DNA of 64,000 nucleotides from Gammaproteobacteria bacterium (GCA_963662545.2 CAXXLL010000002.1:1856001-1920000); one strand, 5' to 3'; counted from the stretch's first letter, positions 38,488-47,721 are shown. The notes: generated by a model not told the origin, from the sequence alone. Numbers and translations are program-made.

Positions 38488-39261
38488 ATGACTGACGAAA
38501 AAATTAAATTCTCCATCGCCGACGGCATCGCGCGCATCGTCCTCGACGATCCGGACAACCACAACGCCGTCGGTTCACGAATGACGCGTGAATTGGCGAG
38601 CGCGGCAATCGCCTGCGAGGCAGAGCCGGGCCTGCGCGCGGTGTTGCTGACGGCGACGGGCGAGCAATTTTCCGTCGGCGGCGATCTGAATGAATTCCTG
38701 CGTGAGCGCGATCACATCCGCGATCACATCCGCGAAATGGCGACTTATTTTCACCTCGCTATCACCGTGCTCAACCGGCTCGAAGCGCCGGTCGTCGCCG
38801 CGATCAATGGCATCGCCGCAGGTGGCGGTTTCAGCCTGGCGTGTATGTCCGATCTCGCCATCGCGAAACGCTCGGCGAAATTCAACCTGGCCTATACCCG
38901 CTCGGGGCTGACCCCGGATGGCGGTTCGTCGTGGTTTTTGCCGCGCCTGGTCGGTGCCCAGAAGGCGTTCGACATCATGGCGACCAACCCGACGCTTTCT
39001 GCTGAGAAGGCTTGCGAGCTCGGCTTGATCGCGCGCGTGGTGGATGACGACCGCTTCGAAGAGGAGGTCGAGGCGATTTTGCAGACGGTCGCGAACTCAC
39101 CGTCCAACGCGGTCGGCCGTGCAAAACGCCTGTTACGGGCAAGCCTCTGCAATTCACTCGAACAACAGTTGGAGCTCGAGTCGTATTCCGTCGCGTCGAT
39201 TGCCTCGAGCCCGGAAACGCTGAAAACCCTGGAAGCGTTTTTCGAACAGCGCAAGAAGTAG
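38488..39261 (+). CDS. Enoyl-CoA hydratase/isomerase (PaaG-like)
   Basis: FSVGGD, GIAAGGGFSLA, GLTPDGGSSWFLPRLVG; start at ATG 38488. Confidence 0.92.
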   Translation: MTDEKIKFSIADGIARIVLDDPDNHNAVGSRMTRELASAAIACEAEPGLRAVLLTATGEQFSVGGDLNEFLRERDHIRDHIREMATYFHLAITVLNRLEAPVVAAINGIAAGGGFSLACMSDLAIAKRSAKFNLAYTRSGLTPDGGSSWFLPRLVGAQKAFDIMATNPTLSAEKACELGLIARVVDDDRFEEEVEAILQTVANSPSNAVGRAKRLLRASLCNSLEQQLELESYSVASIASSPETLKTLEAFFEQRKK

Positions 39262-39273
39262 GCCTAGAACGGC

Positions 39274-41031
39274 ATGTCCCGCTCCATGCAATGGGTATTG
39301 TTATGGGCGTCGGCGAGCACCGTGGCCTGCTTATTCGCCCTGTCCTGGTTGCCCGCAGCGTTCGACGGCGACACCTACACGCCGATCGGCGCCGACTCGT
39401 TTTATCACGCGCGCCGAATTCTCGACACCGTCGCTGATCCGCATGCCTTTTATGAATTCGATACCGCGATTCATGCACCCGAAGGCAGCCTGCTAACCTG
39501 GCCGTGGGCCTACGATCGCATCGCGGCCGGGATCGTAGCCGGCGCGATGAAGCTCGGCGCGGCAGCGGACCCGATGGCCGTTCTCGTCTACCTCCCGGTT
39601 GCCATGGCGCCGGTCAGCGTCGGCCTGGTCATCGTCCTCGGATTGCTCAGCGGGCTCCCGCGCTGGGGTGTCGTCGCGCTGGCGTCGGCTTATGCGATTT
39701 CTCCCTTGACCCGCGAGCTTCACGCCGTGGGGCGTATAGACCACCACTTCGTCGAGCATTTTTTCTTTCTGGCGTCACTCTGCGCCGGCATGGCCTGGTT
39801 GAAAGCACCAAGCTCGGCGCGTGCCGTGGTGTTCGGCGCGGTGCTCGGCATCGCCCCCGGCTTTCACAACGGATTGTTCGTCCTGCAGGCCTTTCTCGGC
39901 GGCACCGTCGTCCTCTTGTGGCTGCGGGGACTACTCGAACTCCGCCAAACTGAATCATGGTTCGCTGCTGCGCTCGTCGTCTCATCGCTAGCCATACTCC
40001 TGCCATCGGAGCCGTTCCGCGCCTTCGAATGGGCGTTTTACTACCTGGGATGGTTTCACCTGCTGGCGGCGATTCTGAGCGCTACGCTGGTGTGCTGGCT
40101 TGCGCGCCGAGGACCGAACCGCTTCAATATCTTGCTGTTGACTGCGGTATCGATCGCCATCGGGTTCCTCGCCTGGAGCCAAATCGGCCACGGCGGGCGG
40201 TTCGTATTTGCCAACATGCCGGCGCTTAGCGACGTCACGGAATCGGCCAGCCTGATCGAGATCCTCGGGGCGGGGAGGGCGGCCTATCTCACGGAGCGCT
40301 ATACATTCATGATATGGCTTCTTCCGGTGATAACGCTCGGTCTTGCCCTCACCGCCATCCGCAGCCGGGCACCCGATCGCGTCCTGCTCACTGTTACGCT
40401 TCTCGGCGGCGGTTTTCTGATGCTGCAGCAATTGAGACTGCACTATTTCGGATACTTGGTGCTGATGCTGCCGCCGCTTCAATGGGCGGCGACGCGAAAG
40501 AAAACGCTGGCCGCGGCCGCTGGCGCAGCATTCCTCGCCGCGCAACTGCCTGCCGTCATGGATTTCGGCACCCATCCCGTACTTGCGGGCGATCGAAACT
40601 ATGCCGTCAATCGCGGCCTGATCCTTGAACTCGGCGAACGCTGCGCGGCTGATCCAGGCGTCGTCCTGGCGCGCTTTGGGGATGGACATTACCTGCGGTT
40701 TCACACGAACTGTGCCGTGATCGCCAACAACATGATCATGACCCGCCAGCACCTCGAGCGCATCGCGCTCACGGAAACCCTGTTCGATCTGGCGCCCGCC
40801 GTGCTACGCGCCACCTACCCCTGGATCGATTACGTTTATCTCTGGCGCCAGGACAACCCGCTGAATCGCGCGGACAGCGAGGCGAACGACCTGCATACGT
40901 CAGCGCTCGCGCGAGGCTTGCTGATGAATTCCTCCATGCCGGAGGGCTTTGAGCTGATCGGTGAAACCGCGTTGGAGTGGCCGGACGGCGAGCGCGTCAC
41001 CTTCGCGCGGGCTTTTCACATCTCGCACTGA
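39274..41031 (+). CDS. STT3/AglB-like membrane glycosyltransferase, copy 2 (intact)
   Basis: Many TM segments; ADSFYHARRI, PEG..LTWP, GRIDHHFVE, DVTE, RLHYFG, VLARFGDGHYL, VIANN. Confidence 0.78.
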   Translation: MSRSMQWVLLWASASTVACLFALSWLPAAFDGDTYTPIGADSFYHARRILDTVADPHAFYEFDTAIHAPEGSLLTWPWAYDRIAAGIVAGAMKLGAAADPMAVLVYLPVAMAPVSVGLVIVLGLLSGLPRWGVVALASAYAISPLTRELHAVGRIDHHFVEHFFFLASLCAGMAWLKAPSSARAVVFGAVLGIAPGFHNGLFVLQAFLGGTVVLLWLRGLLELRQTESWFAAALVVSSLAILLPSEPFRAFEWAFYYLGWFHLLAAILSATLVCWLARRGPNRFNILLLTAVSIAIGFLAWSQIGHGGRFVFANMPALSDVTESASLIEILGAGRAAYLTERYTFMIWLLPVITLGLALTAIRSRAPDRVLLTVTLLGGGFLMLQQLRLHYFGYLVLMLPPLQWAATRKKTLAAAAGAAFLAAQLPAVMDFGTHPVLAGDRNYAVNRGLILELGERCAADPGVVLARFGDGHYLRFHTNCAVIANNMIMTRQHLERIALTETLFDLAPAVLRATYPWIDYVYLWRQDNPLNRADSEANDLHTSALARGLLMNSSMPEGFELIGETALEWPDGERVTFARAFHISH

Positions 41032-41151
41032 AGTCTGGCAGCAGCGCTAGTTGTCTTCACGCGTGGACAAGCCATCGCGGATTCATTATCGTCCGGATCG
41101 ATACGCCGTAACCGGAGCGCGATTCGCCGATATCGCGCGCAGGAGGAAACC

Positions 41152-42366
41152 ATGGCGCACGTAATGACGACCGATGCTGCCGCCGAAACGTTTGCAAGCC
41201 CGAATGCGTTCGCGCTGAACGACGATCAACAGGCCATGTTCGACGAAGCGGATCGTTTTGCCAGAAACGAACTGTACCCGCTGGCCGAACGCATGGACAA
41301 CGAGGAATGGTGGCCCGAGGACATCTTCGAAAACATCGGTGAGATGGGGTATTTCGGTCTCACCGTGCCCGAAGAATACGGCGGACAGGGGCTGGATTTC
41401 TTTACCAGCGGCCTGGTTTCGCAAGCTTTCGGACGATGGAACCATGCCCTGGCTTTGAGTTGGGTCGCACATGAAAACCTCTGCCTGAATAATATTTACC
41501 GCAACGCCGACGAACACCTGCGTCACAAGTACCTGCCGAGTCTCTGTGCGGGTAAGTCCATCGGCGCGCTTGGCCTGACCGAACCGGGTGCCGGGTCGGA
41601 TGCCCTAGGCGCAATGGCGACGACCGCTCGGCGGGACGGCGATCGCTACATCCTCAACGGCCGCAAGATGTTCATCACCAACGGCCCGGTCGCCGACGTG
41701 CTGCTGGTGTATGCCAAGACCTCACCCGATAAAGGCCCCCATGGTATTTCGGCCTTCATCGTCGAAAAGGATTTCCCCGGCTTCAGCGTCGCCCAGAAAT
41801 TGACCAAGATGGGTTTTCGCGGCAGCCAGACCGGCGAGTTGCTGTTCGACGATTGCGAAGTGCCGGCGGAAAACCTCGTCGGTACCAAGGACGAAGGCGT
41901 GGCCGTAGTGATGAGCGGGCTCGATCTCGAACGCGCGGTGATCTCACCGATCTGCGTCGGCATGGCCGAGCGGGCGCTCGAGATCGCCATCGAGTACGCC
42001 AAGACGCGGGAACAGTTCGGCCGCCCTATCGCCGATTTCCAGATGATCCAGTCGAAGATCGCAGACATGTACGTGTGGGTCGAAGCGATGAAAGCGCTCA
42101 ATTTCAAGGTGCTGGCCGAGGCGAACGATCTCGAAATCGGCGGCGGTGGGCGTGGCATGGTTCACGCAAACACCGCAGCCTCGATCATGTATACGGCTAA
42201 CATGCTCAATCGCGTGCTCGACGAATCAGTACAGGTTCACGGCGGCATGGGTTACATCTGGGAATCAGAGATCAACCGCCTGTACCGTGGTAACAAGCTG
42301 TTGGAGATCGGCGCCGGCACCACCGAAATGCGGAAACTGATCATCAGCCGGGAATTGTTGAAATAG
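41152..42366 (+). CDS. Acyl-CoA dehydrogenase (isovaleryl-CoA DH-like)
   Basis: LGLTEPGAGSD, GRKMFITNGP, REQFGRPIADFQ, LEIGAGT. Confidence 0.93.
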   Translation: MAHVMTTDAAAETFASPNAFALNDDQQAMFDEADRFARNELYPLAERMDNEEWWPEDIFENIGEMGYFGLTVPEEYGGQGLDFFTSGLVSQAFGRWNHALALSWVAHENLCLNNIYRNADEHLRHKYLPSLCAGKSIGALGLTEPGAGSDALGAMATTARRDGDRYILNGRKMFITNGPVADVLLVYAKTSPDKGPHGISAFIVEKDFPGFSVAQKLTKMGFRGSQTGELLFDDCEVPAENLVGTKDEGVAVVMSGLDLERAVISPICVGMAERALEIAIEYAKTREQFGRPIADFQMIQSKIADMYVWVEAMKALNFKVLAEANDLEIGGGGRGMVHANTAASIMYTANMLNRVLDESVQVHGGMGYIWESEINRLYRGNKLLEIGAGTTEMRKLIISRELLK

Positions 42367-42369
42367 CCC

Positions 42370-43254
42370 ATGGCGGAACCCGTCCCGATACCGAAAACAA
42401 ATGAAGATCTCGCCGCGCATCCGACCAGTTTCACGGCCGATTTTCTAAAAGGGCAGACCGTCTTCGTGTGCGGCGGCGGCAGTGGGATAGGCCGCGCTAC
42501 CGCGTGGCTGGCCGCCCGACTCGGCGCTCGGGTGATCCTCGGCGGACGGACCGAGGCGAAACTCCGCAAGGTGGCGGATGCTATCAATGAGCGCGACGGA
42601 CTTTCCGCATCGCTGCAGGTGCTCGATATTCGCGACAGCGATTCGGTCGAACGTACGTTCGAGGTGATCGGTGACGAATTCGGTTCCCTCGATCTCTTGA
42701 TCAACAGCGCGGGCGGCCAGTTTCCCCAGGCCGCGATCGATTATTCCGAGAAAGGCTGGCAGACCATCATCAACACCAACCTGAACGGTACCTGGAACAT
42801 GATGCACGCCGCCGCCCGGCACTGGCGATCGCGCGGGAGAGGAGGCTCCATCGTGAACATCGTAGTCGTCCTGCAAGGATTATTCGGCGTCGCACACACC
42901 TCCGCCGCACGCGCCGGCGTGATCGCGTTTTCGGAAAATGCCGCTGTCGAGTGGGCGCCACTCGGGATCCGAGTCAATTGCATCGCGCCGGGTTGTATCG
43001 AAACCGAGGGCTGGCGCGTGTATTCAGAACAGGCACGTTCCCGTTATCCGCGCACCAACCCGATGATGCGGGTGGGCTCTCCGTGGGAAATCGCGGAGGC
43101 CTGTGTGTTCGTCGGCGGCCCCGGCGGGCGCTTCATCAACGGTGAAACCCTGGTCGTCGACGGTGGCGGGCGCCATTGGGGTGAAATCTGGACGACGGGA
43201 AAGCCTGAATATTTTGCTGCCGCCACGCGCCTGTGGGACGACGACGGCGGCTGA
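42370..43254 (+). CDS. SDR (peroxisomal enoyl/dienoyl-CoA reductase-like)
   Basis: GGGSGIG, NSAGGQF, HTSAARAG, IRVNCIAPG. Confidence 0.88.
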   Translation: MAEPVPIPKTNEDLAAHPTSFTADFLKGQTVFVCGGGSGIGRATAWLAARLGARVILGGRTEAKLRKVADAINERDGLSASLQVLDIRDSDSVERTFEVIGDEFGSLDLLINSAGGQFPQAAIDYSEKGWQTIINTNLNGTWNMMHAAARHWRSRGRGGSIVNIVVVLQGLFGVAHTSAARAGVIAFSENAAVEWAPLGIRVNCIAPGCIETEGWRVYSEQARSRYPRTNPMMRVGSPWEIAEACVFVGGPGGRFINGETLVVDGGGRHWGEIWTTGKPEYFAAATRLWDDDGG

Positions 43255-43941
43255 GGCCCTTCGCAAAGTGATGGGCGATTGTTATTAGAATGATACGAAC
43301 TGCTTTCTTGGCGTCCTTGCTCCTGCAGGTCACCTTTTCAGGAAAGCTGAATGATTCTCAACAAAAAAACGTTCCTGCGGGAACGTGTTCCGAGCGCCGG
43401 CATTTGGGATTGTGAGAATTCCGTGAAGGTTCCGTGCTAGGTCTTGCCTTTTGCCCCTCTCGACCAGCGCGCCATACCACCGCCGGTACTCACAATTCCT
43501 CTAGCCCGCGCACGGCCGCAATCTCAACTGCCAAGCTTCTGCGACTGACGCACACCCTACCGACTCAAGCAGCGATGACAGGCCTTCTCAGCGACGGCCG
43601 CTGCTCCGATCGGGCCTATACCCTGGCTGACATACATCCTGCGAGAATTGCCTGGCCGGCATCGATTAAGGCCCGCAACGCCGACGATATCTTCCCTTGA
43701 AAGCCGCACTCTCGACCGAAATCCGCAACGCCACGCGACCCGCCAATCCGGAAAATGGGCCCGGGAAACGGGCGGCTATATTTCCTATCCTTAGCCACGC
43801 CATCGACGACTGTTTTCCGCTCGTCAAACGGATTACTTCCCCCGCTCAAGCCGCCGCTCGCCCGCGTTCCCCACGCATCGACGGTTCGCTTTACCTGCGA
43901 GTACTCGAATAGGCCGCTTTGTTCTTCTTATACTCTCGACC

Positions 43942-44367
43942 TCATGGCTCTCGCACATTGCGTTGCTCTAATTGCTTAATGGACTTTTGAAGGACTTCTT
44001 TGGGTACCAGTGGCTTTAAGATGTAGTCATTTATCCCTGCTTCCAAGGCCTCTGATACATCTTTCTTTGAGGCCATTCCCGTAACCATGATAACGGGCAG
44101 CTCTGGCTCTTCCGCCCTAATCTTTTTTACGAATGATAGGCCCGATTCCTTTGGCATTATCCAGTCAGTCAGAACCAGGTGGATGGTTTTGTTATTGATG
44201 ATGTGAATGGCTTCTTTCTCTGAAGAGGCGCGAGATAAGTTTTCGAACCCTTGCGTGCGAAAAATATATTGAAGAATGTTTTGTATGGTTCGACCATCCT
44301 CCCGCGCGGAGCGAATGTCTTGGACGATAAGAATTGTGCTTTTACGTATCTGCTCAAGGACATCCAT
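43942..44367 (-). CDS. Single-domain response regulator (CheY-like)
   Basis: LVLTDWIMP..SG, VIMVTG, AGINDYILKP; AT-rich coding. Confidence 0.85.
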   Translation of the reverse strand: MDVLEQIRKSTILIVQDIRSAREDGRTIQNILQYIFRTQGFENLSRASSEKEAIHIINNKTIHLVLTDWIMPKESGLSFVKKIRAEEPELPVIMVTGMASKKDVSEALEAGINDYILKPLVPKEVLQKSIKQLEQRNVREP

Positions 44368-44388
44368 CAGACTAAGCTGCGCGCCCGA

Positions 44389-44790
44389 TTAATTCATTTG
44401 TTGTAGCTGTTCAGAAATTAGTCGTACAAGATCTCTTCTACTAACAACGCCAATAACCTTCCTATTTTCATCTACTACCGGGAATCGCTTGAAGCCGAAC
44501 TCAACGAAAAATCCTCGGAGTTCTTCAATTGACATGTCGCCGTTTATTGCCACTACATCTTGAATATATGGAATTTGCTGGTCGTACTGATCCTGCGCGC
44601 CAGCCTTCAAAGAAACGGTTGCCAAGAGGTCCTTTTCCGTTACGACCCCGATAACCATATTGTCGTCGTTAATCACCGGTGCACCGCTAAAGTTTTTATT
44701 TACAATTATATTGAAGGCCTCCCTGATGGTGGTATCGCGCCGAAAAGTAACGACATCCCCATTCATGACATCTGAAGCGGTGAAATTCAT
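44389..44790 (-). CDS. CBS-domain protein
   Basis: Two CBS repeats (SGAPVI...GVVTEKDL; RFPVVD...GVVSRRDL); GGAG RBS before ATG 44790; AT-rich. Confidence 0.88.
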   Translation of the reverse strand: MNFTASDVMNGDVVTFRRDTTIREAFNIIVNKNFSGAPVINDDNMVIGVVTEKDLLATVSLKAGAQDQYDQQIPYIQDVVAINGDMSIEELRGFFVEFGFKRFPVVDENRKVIGVVSRRDLVRLISEQLQQMN

Positions 44791-44951
44791 ATATCGGACT
44801 CCATGATAATTTGAGTGACCAGTAGCCGCGAACGATTCGAAATAACCTGCCCTAGCAACCCAGGACTCTGTATCGGCATACCCGGCAGACGCTTTAGGCA
44901 ATCGCTCTATTTCTCAAGAGCTGCTGAGGTGTTTGGCTCGGACGCTGAAAG

Positions 44952-45003
44952 AAAAGGTGTCAGGTTTATTTTCCGCAACTTCCAAGTAAATAAACCTGAC
45001 ACC
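44952..45003. repeat. 20-bp palindromic element interrupted by the IS
   Basis: AAAAGGTGTCAGGTTTATTT ... AAATAAACCTGACACC|TTTT; the right arm is completed at 46353-46356 when the IS and one TSD are removed. Confidence 0.85.
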
Positions 45004-46343
45004 CTGAGGAATCCCCATAAAACCCCAACGAAATACAAAGCGATAGATTGATTTGTGGGTTCGTGGAACCTGCATGGCTCGAGTTGATCTCAGTTGTTGC
45101 AAGACAATCTGTGAACGACGAGGTGAGCCATGCAGGTATTGAAATTGTTACATGAAATGAGCAGCGAAGCGCTATACGGTGTGCATTTGGGTCGTCGACT
45201 CTCGGTTTGGGCGGCGGTCGGCGGTTTACTTCGGGGCCGACGTTTGTGGCTGACGCATATCGGTCGGAGCATAGACAGTGGCACGAGCGAGAAACACGCG
45301 ATTAAGCGCGTCGATCGCTTGCTGGGTAATCGTCAGCTCGGTGGTGAGCGTTTGCAGTGGTATCAATGGATAGCTCGGTTATTGGTATCGGACTGTGCGC
45401 ATCCGGTGGTGTTGGTGGATTGGTCTAATCTGGATCAACGTCAAGAGCTCTATGTATTGCGGGCGGCCTTAGCGGTCGGTGGTCGAGCCATCCCCGTGTA
45501 TGAAGAAGTCGAACACCATTACGCGAGTGTCAAAGCGGAGAAACGCTTTCTGAAGCGACTGAAGGCCATTCTGCCTGCGGGCTGTTGTCCGATCTTGGTC
45601 AGTGATGCAGGATTTCGGACGCCCTGGTTGAGTCTTGTGGCCTCAATGGGATGGTATTACGTGGGTCGCATCCGTCATCGTCACCTCGTGCGAGGTATGG
45701 ATGAGGCGGCATGGCATTCGAACAAAGTGCTCTACGGCCAAGCCAATGCTCGTCCGAAGTCACTGGGTCGTTTTTTGATCACGAAAAGTAATCCGCTGGA
45801 CACCCATTTATTCGTTTACAAAGGTAAGAAACGCGGGCGTGTCTGCTATACGGCTTACGGCAAACCGGCGCGGGCTCGCAATACCGAGAAACCGTCGGCA
45901 GCGGCGCGTGAGCCGTGGTTATTGGCCAGCAATCTGCCGGACAACCTTCGTAGTGCGCATCGGGTAGTTGCCGTGTATCGTCGCCGCATGCAGATTGAAG
46001 AGAGCTTCCGCGACATGAAGTCGCCCCGTTACGGCTTTGCACTTAGAGAAAACATGGGACGTGATCCCGAGAGAGTGGCGAACTTACTCTTGCTGTGCGC
46101 ATTGGCCACACTGGCCCAATGGTTGGTCGGCTTGGTCGGTTACCAAACAGGTTTAGTGAAAGGTTTACAGGCCAATACCGAAAGACGTAAGCCCGTCCTA
46201 TCCGTGGTATTCGTTGGTGCTCGCCTCATTGCCAAGCAACTTCAAATCCAGCGCTCAACTTTATTACAGGCGCTCCGGGATCTACAGGCACGCGCCATTG
46301 TGCAACTTGAATTTTGCTAGTCGAATTTGTGGGGATCCCTCAG
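45004..46343 (+). mobile_element. Complete IS4-family (IS10-like) insertion sequence, 1340 bp
   Basis: IRs CTGAGGAATCCCCATAAA / CTGAGGGATCCCCACAAA (16/18); 9-bp TSD CCTGACACC at 44995-45003 and 46344-46352. Confidence 0.95.
45130..46320 (+). CDS. IS4-family transposase
   Basis: KHAIKRVDRLLGN, LVDWS, SDAGF, EPWLL, YRRRMQIEESFRDMK (YREK motif). Confidence 0.95.
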   Translation: MQVLKLLHEMSSEALYGVHLGRRLSVWAAVGGLLRGRRLWLTHIGRSIDSGTSEKHAIKRVDRLLGNRQLGGERLQWYQWIARLLVSDCAHPVVLVDWSNLDQRQELYVLRAALAVGGRAIPVYEEVEHHYASVKAEKRFLKRLKAILPAGCCPILVSDAGFRTPWLSLVASMGWYYVGRIRHRHLVRGMDEAAWHSNKVLYGQANARPKSLGRFLITKSNPLDTHLFVYKGKKRGRVCYTAYGKPARARNTEKPSAAAREPWLLASNLPDNLRSAHRVVAVYRRRMQIEESFRDMKSPRYGFALRENMGRDPERVANLLLLCALATLAQWLVGLVGYQTGLVKGLQANTERRKPVLSVVFVGARLIAKQLQIQRSTLLQALRDLQARAIVQLEFC

Positions 46344-46352
46344 CCTGACACC

Positions 46353-46520
46353 TTTTTTCCTGCAGCCAAAGTCGAGCACCGTCTGGCCCGACTCTATCGC
46401 AAGCTTCGCGATGGTACGGCGGCGCACCATAAGGGTGGGCAGTGTGACGATGAGGTCGTACCAGGGCGCGTCGAAGCGATACTTCCTCCTCACGCGCTGG
46501 ATTTTTTCTTGGTCAGTCAT
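46353..46520 (-). pseudogene. Truncated class I SAM-dependent methyltransferase (N-terminal fragment)
   Basis: MTDQEKIQ...YDLIV...RRRTIAKL.IESGQTVLDFGC ends in motif I at the palindrome/IS; no continuation found on the other side. Confidence 0.65.
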
Positions 46521-46714
46521 ATGTGTCCCGGCGGTGCCGGCTCGGCCACTGTATACCGCAACCTTCCGGATCCAAACCCGGGTGCGGAGCCTCGAGATCG
46601 GTAATATTTCCGGTTTTCCGATGCACGCAGTTGCGTCGAATGCTGGCCGCACCCATCATTTCACGATTAAATGGGATCTGACGCCAGCAGGTCTTCGTTG
46701 GGGGGGAAACTAAT

Positions 46715-47449
46715 ATGAAGAACTTAACCCGAACAGTATTCGTATTGCTGGCGTGCGCGGCACTTCTCTGGACGACGAATGCGTTTGCGACGATCCAAAG
46801 CACCTTCGATCTGACCGGCGAGGGTTGGAGGGACCTTACTTATTCGAATCCCGGTGTATTTATATCGGATAATGGCCTCGCCAATTTTGACGCGCTTTTC
46901 GGTAACCCTGCTGGTTCGGTTGATACGACGGATCCCGGTGGCACTGTAGCGGCGCGATTCGGCGCACCCGCTGGGTACTTAGGTAATAAATCCGGGTTTA
47001 TCGGCGGCTCGATTACGTTCCAACTCATTATCAAGGCCATGCCAGGCGTTATCTCTCTTCCCGCCGTGCCGGGTGTTGTCGCCTTTGAGAATTCAGCCAT
47101 GAATCGAGGAATCGGCTACACCGGTCCGTTGCCAAATGCCGCTACATGGACCACGTACACAGCCCAGCTTTCGCCTAATGGATTGCTGAATCCGCTTCTG
47201 GTTGGTTACTGGGGCGCGTTCGACCTGGACGATCCGACCGGGACGGCGTCGCAGGCTATGCCTATTGACTTCACTAACGTGTTGGGAAATGTCACCCGGT
47301 TGACTATCAATGGCGAAGTCACCGACGGGACCGACGACACGATCGCGCTCGATAATGTCCATCTCGTGATTCCAATCCCGGCCGCATTGCCGCTGATGGC
47401 TTCCGCACTGTTCGGATTAGGATTCGCCGCGCGTCGACGTCTAGGCTAA
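46715..47449 (+). CDS. Secreted VPLPA-CTERM (exosortase-target) protein with a laminin-B-like domain
   Basis: Signal peptide; FD...EGW, AP.GYLGNKS...GG.ITF, VLGNVTRLTI.GE, LDNV; C-terminal IPIPAALPLMASALFGLGFAARRR. Confidence 0.85.
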   Translation: MKNLTRTVFVLLACAALLWTTNAFATIQSTFDLTGEGWRDLTYSNPGVFISDNGLANFDALFGNPAGSVDTTDPGGTVAARFGAPAGYLGNKSGFIGGSITFQLIIKAMPGVISLPAVPGVVAFENSAMNRGIGYTGPLPNAATWTTYTAQLSPNGLLNPLLVGYWGAFDLDDPTGTASQAMPIDFTNVLGNVTRLTINGEVTDGTDDTIALDNVHLVIPIPAALPLMASALFGLGFAARRRLG

Positions 47450-47486
47450 CTATCCACGCAAAACTAAGACCGAAATCAACGCGGAA

Positions 47487-47557
47487 AAAGGGAACGGAGG
47501 GATTAAAAATTAGACGGCCGGGCTGATTGGTCAAAATTTAATCCCTCCGTTCCCTTT
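47487..47557. repeat. Perfect 21-bp inverted repeat element
   Basis: AAAGGGAACGGAGGGATTAAA-N29-TTTAATCCCTCCGTTCCCTTT, followed by a partial duplicate AATCCCTTTTT. Confidence 0.85.
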
Positions 47558-47643
47558 AATCCCTTTTTCGAGGTGCATGAATCTCCAGGCCAATTGGCCG
47601 CCGGTTGCCGACGGCTAAATCAGCTCAAATGTGTGCGGAAATG

Positions 47644-47721
47644 GGGGTCAGTCTTGACTTTATACAACTCACTCGCCTTGGCGTAGCCAGAACAGGTTGT
47701 ATGAAGTGAAGACTTTACCCC
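47644..47721. repeat. Imperfect inverted repeat element of about 25 bp
   Basis: GGGGTCAGTCTTGACTTTATACAAC vs reverse complement of the right arm GGGGTAAAGTCTTCACTTCATACAAC. Confidence 0.7.
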
